Of a stretch of 64,000 bases of DNA, positions 55,699-64,000 are shown in pieces. The stretch comes from Alphaproteobacteria bacterium (GTDB lineage Bacteria; Pseudomonadota; Alphaproteobacteria; UBA2136; UBA6156), in assembly GCA_027483385.1 (NCBI GenBank), contig JAIXUT010000030.1, forward strand, positions 2,659-66,658, in the 5' to 3' direction. Both the position numbers and the translations under genes were made by a program. Within the stretch, counting starts at the first letter, position 1. The number at the start of each line of letters is the position of its first letter. Under the pieces are notes generated by a model. The model was not told the DNA's origin, searched no databases, and saw only the letters and a list, made by a program, of their open reading frames with translations.

Positions 55699-56700
55699 CT
55701 AATCGGTGCCGTGAGTTTCAAATTCTGGCACAGTCAGCAACCGTGGCCCCAACTGCAACACCGTGGCGCGGCCGAGCTGGTGGCCGTGCTGCAGGGCCAG
55801 CTGCGGGCTGCCGCCGCCCATGAAGGTGTGCAGAAAGCCGGCGGCAAAGGCGTCGCCCGCGCCCGTCATATCGGCGGGCCTCGGGATAGGCTGGGTGGGG
55901 CTGTCGATCACCAGCCCGTGGCCGTCGTAGTAGGTTGCGCCTTCCCCGCTGCGGGTCAGGACCCGTGGGGTTTTTTCCAGCTGTTTACTGGTGTGCGGGT
56001 CGGTGAGGCCTTGCAGCGTTTCCCATTCGGCCAAGTTGCCAATCACCAGCGGGTGGTGGGTACAGATTAAATCGGCTAGTAGGGTGCTTGCACCTTGCAC
56101 GGCCCGGGGCGAAGCCAGGCTTAAAACCAAACGCGTCTGGGCCGCCGCCGCCGTACGGGCAGCAAAGCTTACGGCAGCGGGGAATGTTCCCGCCGCATAG
56201 GCGCCAACAATCAGGCACTGGCTTTGTTCAATCAGGCCTTCATCCACCCACGCATCATCGGGGCTGGGTTCGGGGGGTTGGGTCTGGGCCATGGTGCGCA
56301 TGCCGTCGGGCGTGAGCAGAATAAAGACTTCCCCCGTGCGGTGGTTGGCATGGGAAGGTGTTACGGTCACGCCTGCCTGCACTAAATCGGTGGCAAAGTG
56401 GCGGCCTGTCGGGTCTTGGCCAATTTTCCCGATGAAGCAGGTGCGTGCACCTAGCTTGCCCAGCGTATAGGCGGTATTGGCGGCGCTGCCGCCGCTGCGA
56501 AACTGCTGAATGGTAATGCTTTCGGCCAGGCGCAACATGGCGGGGTGCGAAAGGGTGGTGCTATCGCCTTTTTTAAGCTGATGCTCGGCCAGCAGGGCGT
56601 CGGTGGCGGGCGCAATGGCGTCGACAATCGCGTTGCCCAGCACGGCAAACTGGTAAGCTTTGGCGGAGTTGGGCAGGAGGGTGGCGGGGTTCGTCATCAT
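55699..56700 (-). CDS. PfkB-family carbohydrate/nucleoside kinase
   Basis: N-terminal GNAIVDAI...GGSAANTA. C-terminal DMTGAGDAFAAGFL (PfkB signature 2). Start placed at MMTNPATLL. Confidence 0.8.
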   Translation of the reverse strand: MMTNPATLLPNSAKAYQFAVLGNAIVDAIAPATDALLAEHQLKKGDSTTLSHPAMLRLAESITIQQFRSGGSAANTAYTLGKLGARTCFIGKIGQDPTGRHFATDLVQAGVTVTPSHANHRTGEVFILLTPDGMRTMAQTQPPEPSPDDAWVDEGLIEQSQCLIVGAYAAGTFPAAVSFAARTAAAAQTRLVLSLASPRAVQGASTLLADLICTHHPLVIGNLAEWETLQGLTDPHTSKQLEKTPRVLTRSGEGATYYDGHGLVIDSPTQPIPRPADMTGAGDAFAAGFLHTFMGGGSPQLALQHGHQLGRATVLQLGPRLLTVPEFETHGTD

Positions 56701-56785
56701 GGCCGCTATGCTGCCCGTTGCTGCCTTCGCTGGCAAGAGGGGGCTGAAGCCTTGCCACCACGCAAAAATTTCCGCACAAAGGCGC

Positions 56786-57466
56786 ATGCAGGAATTTTGT
56801 ACCCTGGCCGATGGCCGCAGTTTGGGCATTTGGGTAGCCCGCCCGACCACCCCTCCCAAAGGCTGTTTGGTGGTATTGCACGAAGCTTTTGGCGTGACCC
56901 CGCACATCCAGCGTATTTGTGCCGACTATGCCACCCACGGCTATGTCTGTGCCGCCCCCGCCATGTTGATGCACGCCAGCGGCCAGCCCACAGGCGTGGT
57001 ACTGCCGCAAAACAAGGAAGGGCTGGATGCTGGCCGCGACCTGATTATGGCCACGCCTATACCCGAATGGGTGGCGATGATGCAGGCCGTGGTGAATTGG
57101 GCCGCCGCCCAAAGGCTGGCTTCGGCCACTTTAGGCTACTGTTGGGGCGGCAGCTGTGCGTATTTGGGCGGGGCGAAGATTCCCGAGCTTAAGGCCGCAG
57201 TGGCCTATTACGGCGGGATGCTGGCCGAACTCACCGCCCAAGGGCAGCCCAAGTGCCCCACACTGGTGCACCTGGCCACCGAAGACCGGTATATTCCGTT
57301 AGAGGCCACCTTGAAGGCCTTTGCGCACCACCACCCCGCCGCCAGCGTGCATGTTTACGAGGCCGACCATGGCTTTAACCGCGATGACGGCAAGACCTTT
57401 CAGCCCCTCAGCAGCGCCCTGGCCAAGGCCCGCACGTTGGAATTCCTTGATAAATCTTTTGGTTAA
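56786..57466 (+). CDS. dienelactone hydrolase-family protein
   Basis: LVVLHEAFGVTPHIQ, nucleophile elbow GYCWGGS and a C-terminal ADHGF match the DLH pattern. Confidence 0.75.
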   Translation: MQEFCTLADGRSLGIWVARPTTPPKGCLVVLHEAFGVTPHIQRICADYATHGYVCAAPAMLMHASGQPTGVVLPQNKEGLDAGRDLIMATPIPEWVAMMQAVVNWAAAQRLASATLGYCWGGSCAYLGGAKIPELKAAVAYYGGMLAELTAQGQPKCPTLVHLATEDRYIPLEATLKAFAHHHPAASVHVYEADHGFNRDDGKTFQPLSSALAKARTLEFLDKSFG

Positions 57467-57526
57467 GCGAACTTGCCCTCAGCCAGCTTTTCCGTTACAC
57501 CAGCTAAAGCAACGAAAGTAACCCCG

Positions 57527-57769
57527 ATGAGCCAAGAAATTGCCGCCCGCGTAAAGGCCCTGATTGCCGAAAACCTGGGTGTTGATGCCGCCAAAGTGCT
57601 GGAAGGCGCAAGTTTTGTGGATGATTTAGGTGCCGATAGCCTCGATACCGTGCAGCTGGTGATGGCGCTGGAAGAGGAATTTGGTCTGGAAATTTCCGAT
57701 GCCGAAGCTGAAGGCCTGAAAACCGTGAAATCCGCCATCGATTATGTGGCCGAACACGCGGCTGCCTAA
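57527..57769 (+). CDS. acpP: acyl carrier protein
   Basis: [31 protein letters not shown]. About 70% identical by eye to E. coli AcpP. Confidence 0.9.
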   Translation: MSQEIAARVKALIAENLGVDAAKVLEGASFVDDLGADSLDTVQLVMALEEEFGLEISDAEAEGLKTVKSAIDYVAEHAAA

Positions 57770-57774
57770 GCCCG

Positions 57775-59028
57775 ATGCCACACCAGGCAGTGATTGTGAC
57801 AGGAATGGGGGCTGTGAGCCCCCTTGGCCTTTCGGTGGCCAGCAGCTGGGAGGCATTAATTAAGGGCCAAACGGGGGTTGGACCGATCACCCACTTCAAT
57901 GCTGCCGCCCCCGAACGAGAATTTGCCTGCCAGGTGGCCGCTGAGGTCAAGGGTTTTGAGGCGGCCATGAGTGGCCTTGAACCCAAAGATTTTAAAAAGG
58001 CCGACCGCTTTATTCTGCTTGGCCTCGGCGCCGTGAAGGAAGCCCTAAACCAAGCCGGTTTGGCCGAAATTCAACACAGCCCCACCATCGACCGTACCCG
58101 CGTGGCGGTGATTTTAGGTACGGGGATTGGCGGCTTGCCCGCCATGGAAGAAGCCTATAACACTCTGAAAGAAAAAGGCCCCAAGCGCGTCTCGCCATTT
58201 TTTATTCCGGCCATGTTGCCCAACCTGCTGGCGGGCCAGGCCAGTATTTTGTATGGCCTGCAAGGCGCCAATGTCTGCCCCGTTTCGGCCTGTGCCACCA
58301 GCGCCCACGCTATTGGCTGGGGCAAGCGGATGATTGAAAGCGGCGAAGCCGACATTGTCATTACCGGTGGGGCGGAAGCGACCATCTGTGCCACCGCGAT
58401 TGCAGGCTTTGCCGCCATGCGCGCGCTTTCGAGCCAATTTAATGCCACCCCCGCCTTGGCCTCGCGTCCCTTCGATGCGGCGCGCGATGGCTTCGTGATG
58501 GGCGAGGGTGCAGCCGTGCTGGTGCTGGAAAGTGCCGCCCATGCGGCCAAGCGCGGTGCCAAGGCACTGGCCAAACTAAGCGGCTTTGGCCAGACGGCCG
58601 ACGCCAGCCATATCACGCTGGCCGATGGCACCGGCAGCCGCCGCGCGATGGAACTGGCGTTGCGGGAAGCTGGACTGCAGCCCAACGAAGTTTCTGCCGT
58701 GAATGCCCATGCCACCAGTACGCCGCTGGGTGATGAGGCCGAAGCTGCCACAATTGCCAGCCTGTTTGGCCCATGTATCCCTACCTCAGCCACCAAGGGG
58801 GCCACGGGGCACTTGCTTGGCGCCGCAGGGGCTTTAGAAGCTGTGTTCAGTGTGCTCAGCCTCCAGACTGGGATTTTGCCGCCAACCCTAAATGCCGAGA
58901 ATACCAATGTCGCCCTCACCGATATTGTGCCCAATACCGCCCGGCATGGCGTGAATGTTCAGCACGTGCTTTCCAACAGTTTTGGCTTTGGCGGCACCAA
59001 CGTGAGCTTGGTATTTTCCAAAGCCTAA
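57775..59028 (+). CDS. fabF: beta-ketoacyl-ACP synthase II
   Basis: AVIVTGMGAVSPLG. Active-site CATSAH. C-terminal HATSTPLGD and NSFGFGGTN. Confidence 0.9.
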   Translation: MPHQAVIVTGMGAVSPLGLSVASSWEALIKGQTGVGPITHFNAAAPEREFACQVAAEVKGFEAAMSGLEPKDFKKADRFILLGLGAVKEALNQAGLAEIQHSPTIDRTRVAVILGTGIGGLPAMEEAYNTLKEKGPKRVSPFFIPAMLPNLLAGQASILYGLQGANVCPVSACATSAHAIGWGKRMIESGEADIVITGGAEATICATAIAGFAAMRALSSQFNATPALASRPFDAARDGFVMGEGAAVLVLESAAHAAKRGAKALAKLSGFGQTADASHITLADGTGSRRAMELALREAGLQPNEVSAVNAHATSTPLGDEAEAATIASLFGPCIPTSATKGATGHLLGAAGALEAVFSVLSLQTGILPPTLNAENTNVALTDIVPNTARHGVNVQHVLSNSFGFGGTNVSLVFSKA

Positions 59029-59050
59029 GGCCTAAACTGCGCTCCGTGTT

Positions 59051-60028
59051 TTAGGCGCTTGGGCTGATGCGGGCGGTGCCCGAAACCGTGGCGCTGACTG
59101 GCACTTGGCTGGGCGCCAGAGCAGGCACTTGGACTGGCACCACGGTTGGCGTGATCACCACGCTGGCCGAGGTGGTTTGGGTGACTGGGGCGGGCACGGC
59201 GGTTAAGCCTGCGGCCACGCGTTGGGTGGCAATGTAAGCGTCGTATTCGGCTGCGGGCACGGCTCTTACCCGAAAGAACATCTCGCCGTGGGCACTGCCG
59301 CAGAGTTCGGTGCACTGGCCCAAAAAGTTGCCGGGCTCGGTCGCTGTAAACCAAGCGTAGTTAATCCGGCCTGGAATGGCGTCCATTTTAATCCCCAGCT
59401 TGGGCACATAATAGGCGTGAATCACGTCTTGCGCGGTAATGTGCAACACCACAGGCTTACCCACGGGCACCACCATTTCCTTGGCCAGCCGCGGCGCGTT
59501 GGGCAGCGAAATTTCTGGGTCGTCAGCGGTGGGTTCGGGGGCCGCCACATGCTTACCTGCCTCACTGGCATCTGGATAAAAGAAGTTCCAACCAAACTGG
59601 TAAGCCACCACTTCAATGTTCACGGCATCTTTGGGCATGGTGCGGATCGCAAACATCGCCCGTGCGCTTTCATAGGCAATAAACACACAAATAATCGCGG
59701 GGATGATCGTCCAGAGCAGTTCCAGCCGCAGGCTGTGGCTGAAGGTGGCGGGAGTAGCCACCCGTTCCTTGCGGTAACGGATTAAAATATAGGTGAGTGG
59801 CCCCAGCACCACCAAAAAAATGACTGCAGTGATCAGAAAAATTAAGTTATACAACCAGGTAATTTTTTCCGCCACGGGCCCTACGGGCTGGGGGAAACCA
59901 CCCCAATGTAGCACCGTTTGGCCAAGCTCTTGGGCATAGGGAATCGGGATATCCGCGGCCCAGGCCGTTGGGACCAGCAGCCCACCCGCCAGCACACTCA
60001 GTAAAATAAAAAATCCATGAAAACGCAT
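59051..60028 (-). CDS. coxB: cytochrome c oxidase subunit II-like cupredoxin protein (orphan)
   Basis: Two N-terminal TM helices. CuA ligands DVIHAYYVP...CTELCGSAHGEM. A Pro/Val/Thr-rich C-terminal tail of about 60 aa with no CxxCH. Start placed at MRFHGFF. Confidence 0.8.
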   Translation of the reverse strand: MRFHGFFILLSVLAGGLLVPTAWAADIPIPYAQELGQTVLHWGGFPQPVGPVAEKITWLYNLIFLITAVIFLVVLGPLTYILIRYRKERVATPATFSHSLRLELLWTIIPAIICVFIAYESARAMFAIRTMPKDAVNIEVVAYQFGWNFFYPDASEAGKHVAAPEPTADDPEISLPNAPRLAKEMVVPVGKPVVLHITAQDVIHAYYVPKLGIKMDAIPGRINYAWFTATEPGNFLGQCTELCGSAHGEMFFRVRAVPAAEYDAYIATQRVAAGLTAVPAPVTQTTSASVVITPTVVPVQVPALAPSQVPVSATVSGTARISPSA

Positions 60029-60098
60029 AGCCCGTACCCTAGCGCGGTGCTGCCGCACTGGCAACGGCATGCTGCTGCTTATTCCGACCCGCTGTGGC

Positions 60099-61685
60099 TT
60101 AACGGCGGCGCTTGCCCGATAATTTACGGCCAGCTTTTTTACTCTGCGGCTTAGGGCTTGTACGGCCAGCCTTGGCGGCTGCCGCAGGGGCGGCAAGCTG
60201 GGCTTTCAGTATGGCAGGAAACGCGGCGGCATGAAAAAACGCGGGGTGCTGCAGGGCCAGGCCAGTGCGCTGGTGCCGCAACCAATCGTGCAGCAGCGTG
60301 CGCACTTTGGGGGCTAAAATTAAAAGCGCAATCAGGTTCGGCACCAGCATCAAGGCCACCGTGATATCGGCGGTCAGCCACACCAGCGCAACACCTTCAC
60401 GCAGGTTCGGGGCAAATTCCAGAATCGCCGCACCGCCAAACGTGAGCAGTAAAAACACCACCAAATACGGCGTCGCAACCTTGGGCCCAAAGGCATACAC
60501 TGCCCCCTGCTGGCCATAGTAACCCCAGCCCAAAATGGTGGTGAAGGCAAACAGAAAGAGGCTGACTGCCACTACCATGCTGCCCAGGCCATAACCGCCA
60601 AGGGTTAGGAAGCCAAGGCCGGCATCGAAGCCCGCCGCACTCAACGCCGCGCCGCCACTGGCCAGCCCCTGCATCTGCCAGGCACCTGAAACCAGAATCA
60701 CCAAGGCGGTGAAGGTGCAGACAATCAAGGTATCGATAAAGGTCTGGGTCATCGCAATAAAACCCTGTTCAACGGGGTGGCGGGTACGGGCGGGAGCGGC
60801 GATGACCGCCGCGCTGCCAAGCCCCGATTCATTGCTGAAAATCCCGCGTGCCAAGCCGTAGCGCATGGCGGCTGCCACCGCCGCCCCGGCAAAGCCGCCC
60901 GTGGCGGAAGCAGGGCTGAAGGCGCTTTCAAAAATGAGCGTAAATACCCCAGGCAGATACTGCGCATTCATCACCAAAATAAAACTCCCCACCAGCACAA
61001 ACAGGCCAATCATGAACGGCACCAACGCACTGGCGGCGTCGGCGATGCGGGTGAGGCCACCCAGCATAATTGCGCCCGCGGCCAAGGTAATAATTGCCCC
61101 GACCCAGAGGGGTGAAAAGCCAAAGCTGGTGGCCATCACATCGGCCATCGAATTGCTCTGCACCATCCCGCCAATGCTAAAAGCGGCAAAGGCTAAAGCC
61201 ACGGCGTACAGCATTCCAAGCGCAGGTAAACGCGCACCGTGGGTTAAGTAGTACATCGGCCCGCCCCGTATTTTCCCCGTGCCGTCGGTGATGCGGTAAT
61301 GCACCCCCAAAGTCGTTTCGGCAAATTTCAGACCAATCCCCAGCACGCCCGAGACCCACATCCAAAACACCGCCCCTGGCCCCCCCAGCGCAATCGCCGT
61401 GGCCACCCCGGCAATATTCCCGGTGCCAACTGTCGCCGCGAGCGCCGTCCATAATGCGGCGCGGTTGGAAATTTCGCCTTTGGCCAAGGCATCGTGGTGG
61501 GCGGGTGCCACCAATTGCCATAGCGCGGCGGGGAGGCGGCGCAGTGGCTGAAAGCCCAGCAGCAGCATCAGGTAAGTGCCAGTCAACAGCAGCAGAATAA
61601 TGGTTGGCCAGCCCCAGACGATATCACTCAGGGACTGAAGGGTGGCGGTGGCGGCAGGAATGAAGGAGGTGATGAGAGGTTCCAT
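60099..61685 (-). CDS. sodium:alanine (amino acid:cation) symporter, AGCS family
   Basis: VGTGNIAGVATAI is the AGCS signature. 528 aa, polytopic. Confidence 0.85.
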   Translation of the reverse strand: MEPLITSFIPAATATLQSLSDIVWGWPTIILLLLTGTYLMLLLGFQPLRRLPAALWQLVAPAHHDALAKGEISNRAALWTALAATVGTGNIAGVATAIALGGPGAVFWMWVSGVLGIGLKFAETTLGVHYRITDGTGKIRGGPMYYLTHGARLPALGMLYAVALAFAAFSIGGMVQSNSMADVMATSFGFSPLWVGAIITLAAGAIMLGGLTRIADAASALVPFMIGLFVLVGSFILVMNAQYLPGVFTLIFESAFSPASATGGFAGAAVAAAMRYGLARGIFSNESGLGSAAVIAAPARTRHPVEQGFIAMTQTFIDTLIVCTFTALVILVSGAWQMQGLASGGAALSAAGFDAGLGFLTLGGYGLGSMVVAVSLFLFAFTTILGWGYYGQQGAVYAFGPKVATPYLVVFLLLTFGGAAILEFAPNLREGVALVWLTADITVALMLVPNLIALLILAPKVRTLLHDWLRHQRTGLALQHPAFFHAAAFPAILKAQLAAPAAAAKAGRTSPKPQSKKAGRKLSGKRRR

Positions 61686-61760
61686 GGTGGTAAGCCTACG
61701 CCTGCCTTACTTATGATGCAAGAGTGTATGGCGCGTGTATGCGGCGGCGCGTAGCGGGAA

Positions 61761-61787
61761 TTAAAAAGCCCACCAGAAAGGTGGGCT
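61761..61787 (-). terminator. rho-independent terminator after fusA
   Basis: On the minus strand, agcccacctttctggtgggct followed by ttttaatt. Confidence 0.5.
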
Positions 61788-61805
61788 TGGTCGGCACGTT
61801 TAGGT

Positions 61806-63905
61806 TTAGGCGGCCCGCTTTTTCGCAATGTCTTCCGCCACGTTGTTGGGCACGGCGGCGTAGTGGTCGAATTCCATGCTGGGGCTGCCACGGCCTTGGG
61901 TCATGGAACGCAGCGTGGTCACGTAGCCAAACAGGTTAGCTAACGGCACGTTGGCGCGAATCAGGGTACGGCCATGCACATCTTCGGTGCCCTGAATCAT
62001 CCCACGGCGTGAAGAGAGGTCGCCAATCACGTCACCCATGCTGTCGGTCGGGCAGGTCACTTCCATCTTCATGATGGGCTCCAGCAGCTGCGGCTTGCAG
62101 CGCTTGGCGGCTTCTTTTACCGCCAAAATACCTGCCAGCTTGAAGGCCATTTCGCTGCTGTCGACGTCGTGGTAGCTGCCGTCAAACAGAGTGGCCTTCA
62201 CGTCCACCACTGGGTAGCCCGCGTACATGCCGTTCTTCAGCGCTTCCACAATGCCGTCTTCCACAGCCGGGATATATTCCTTGGGTACGCTACCGCCCAC
62301 GATGCCGTTCACAAACTCAAAGCCCTTGCCCGGTTCGTTGGGTTCGAACTTCACCCAGCAGTGCCCGAACTGACCACGGCCCCCGGTTTGTTTAGCGTGT
62401 TTACCTTCGCATTCGGCGCTTTGGGTAATCGTTTCGCGGTAGCTGACCTGCGGCGCGCCGGTGTTCACTTCCACTTCATACGGCTTGCGGCGCAGGATAT
62501 CGATCTTCACTTGCAGCTGCAGTTCGCCCACGCCTGCCAGAATCGTCTGGCCGGTTTCTTCGTCGGTGTAAACCCGGAACGATGGGTCTTCGGCCAGCAG
62601 CTTGCCCAGCGCAATCCCCATTTTTTCCTGGTCGGCCTTGCTTTTCGGCTCGATGCTCATGGCAATTACTGGTTCCATCGCCTTGATGGTTTCCAGAATA
62701 ATTGGCTTGGCATCATTACACAGGGTGTCGCCTGTGCGGGTATCTTTCAGGCCAATCAACGCGCCGATATCGCCCGCGCGAATTTCGGTCACTTCCTCGC
62801 GCTTGTTGGCGTGCATTTTTACAATCCGGCCAATCCGCTCGGTCTTGCCGCGCACGCTGTTGTACACTGCCGTACCGCTGCTAATCACGCCGCTGTACAC
62901 CCGCACGAAGGTAATGGTGCCCACGAACGGGTCGGTCGCAATTTTAAAGGCCAAGGCCGCCAGTGGCTGTTCATCGGCCACGGTAAACTGCACCTCGTTG
63001 CCGCTTTCATCGGTACCCAGCAGTTTGGAGGTGGCAATTTCGTTTGGCGCTGGGAAGTAATCCAGCACGGCATCCAAAAGCGGTTGCACACCCTTGTTTT
63101 TAAAGCTGCTACCACAGACTACGGGGAAGATTTTCATCGCCAAGGTCCCCGCCCGAATGCAGGCCATCAGGGTGGCTTCGTCGGGCTCTTTGCCTTCCAG
63201 GTACGCGTTCATGGCGTCGTCGTTAAATTCTACGGCGGCCTCAATCAGTTCGGCGCGGGCTTTCAGCGTGGCCTCTTTCAGTTCGGCGGGGAAATTGGCG
63301 TCATCGATGCCGTATTCATCCCACTTGGCGCCCAGCTCTTCGCTCTTCCAGACCAGCGCTTTCATTTTCACCAGGTCAATCACGCCCGCAAATTTGTCTT
63401 CCTTACCAATGGGCAGCTGAATCGGCACGGCGTTGGCGCGCAGGCGTTCCCGAATCATTTGTACGCCACGGGTAAAGTCGGCGCCGACGCGGTCCATTTT
63501 GTTGATGTAGCAAAGCCGTGGTACGCCGTAGTTGCTGGCGTGGCCCCAGTTGGTTTCGCTTTGCGGCTCTACGCCCGACACGCTGCAGAAGGTGGCAATC
63601 AGGCCATCCAGCACGCGCACGCTGCGCTTCACTTCAATGTTGAAATCGATGTGGCCCGGAGTATCAATCAGGTTGATGGTATAACCCTTCCACTGCGCGG
63701 TGGTGGCGGCAGAAGTAATGGTAATCCCGCGTTCTTGTTCCTGCTCCATCCAGTCCATGGTGGCGGCACCTTCGTGCACTTCACCAATTTTGTGGGTACG
63801 GCCGGTGTAATACAGAATGCGTTCGCTGGTCGTGGTTTTACCCGCATCAACGTGGGCCATAATGCCGATGTTACGAAATTTTTCAAAGGGCGCGGTGCGG
63901 GGCAT
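61806..63905 (-). CDS. fusA: elongation factor G (solo copy; not in an rpsL-rpsG-fusA-tuf context)
   Basis: [27 protein letters not shown], and the full domain II-V architecture (699 aa). Confidence 0.9.
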   Translation of the reverse strand: MPRTAPFEKFRNIGIMAHVDAGKTTTSERILYYTGRTHKIGEVHEGAATMDWMEQEQERGITITSAATTAQWKGYTINLIDTPGHIDFNIEVKRSVRVLDGLIATFCSVSGVEPQSETNWGHASNYGVPRLCYINKMDRVGADFTRGVQMIRERLRANAVPIQLPIGKEDKFAGVIDLVKMKALVWKSEELGAKWDEYGIDDANFPAELKEATLKARAELIEAAVEFNDDAMNAYLEGKEPDEATLMACIRAGTLAMKIFPVVCGSSFKNKGVQPLLDAVLDYFPAPNEIATSKLLGTDESGNEVQFTVADEQPLAALAFKIATDPFVGTITFVRVYSGVISSGTAVYNSVRGKTERIGRIVKMHANKREEVTEIRAGDIGALIGLKDTRTGDTLCNDAKPIILETIKAMEPVIAMSIEPKSKADQEKMGIALGKLLAEDPSFRVYTDEETGQTILAGVGELQLQVKIDILRRKPYEVEVNTGAPQVSYRETITQSAECEGKHAKQTGGRGQFGHCWVKFEPNEPGKGFEFVNGIVGGSVPKEYIPAVEDGIVEALKNGMYAGYPVVDVKATLFDGSYHDVDSSEMAFKLAGILAVKEAAKRCKPQLLEPIMKMEVTCPTDSMGDVIGDLSSRRGMIQGTEDVHGRTLIRANVPLANLFGYVTTLRSMTQGRGSPSMEFDHYAAVPNNVAEDIAKKRAA

Positions 63906-64000
63906 CGAGGACGTTCCTAATTTTGGTTTACACGGCGGGCTATAAGGGATTTTACACCAATGCGCAACCCCTTGTGCACTTAAGAAAATGAATAGACTTA

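Overview
This is a GC-rich (roughly 60-65% by eye) chromosomal window from a Gram-negative proteobacterium. Most of it is housekeeping genes. There is no CRISPR array, integrase, transposase or reverse transcriptase.

What is in the window, from 5' to 3':
- A truncated glycan-precursor locus sits at the left edge: nth (partial), a small membrane protein, a UDP-sugar epimerase, galU, a WecA-like priming transferase and a GT1 glycosyltransferase.
- Next come mutS, a secreted SNase-like nuclease, tRNA-Arg(CCT), an AT-rich islet with a lipoprotein gene, and topA.
- A roughly 2.7 kb segment is bounded by two related inverted-repeat (MITE-like) elements. It carries two paralogous secreted proteins that share a C-terminal TLNAxxMYVxI motif, plus a small unknown gene. 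After it come pip and thrS.
- Further on are a YjgR-like DUF853 ATPase, nhaA, rlmJ, a low-GC secreted-protein gene, and ctaA and ctaB.
- Then come an 854-aa Pro/Ala-rich protein with a single membrane helix, an ABC-2 exporter, and tRNA-Ala(TGC). The tRNA has a partial 3' duplicate 78 bp away and a third MITE copy beside it. uvrB follows.
- A co-directional minus-strand block runs PAP2, ArnT-like GT39, ArnC-like GT2, a TPR protein, dksA, three small genes and a PCuAC-like protein that lacks its copper ligands.
- A 1342-aa autotransporter follows, then cmk, rplU and rpmA.
- A low-GC islet encodes Cys-rich secreted proteins. It is co-directional with a NusA-like paralog and motAB.
- The right end carries lolA, an esterase, rsmE, a CIO-type bd oxidase (cydAB), a PfkB kinase, a dienelactone hydrolase, acpP-fabF, an orphan coxB, an alanine symporter and a solo fusA.

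Observations worth a second look:
- The MITE family and the cargo module it brackets.
- The motAB / NusA-like / Cys-rich islet arrangement.
- The tRNA-Ala integration-scar-like locus.
- The orphan COX2-like gene.
- Several broken canonical syntenies.

Gene starts were chosen by eye: the ORF track also uses alternative start codons, and coordinates of hand-mapped features may be off by a few nucleotides.
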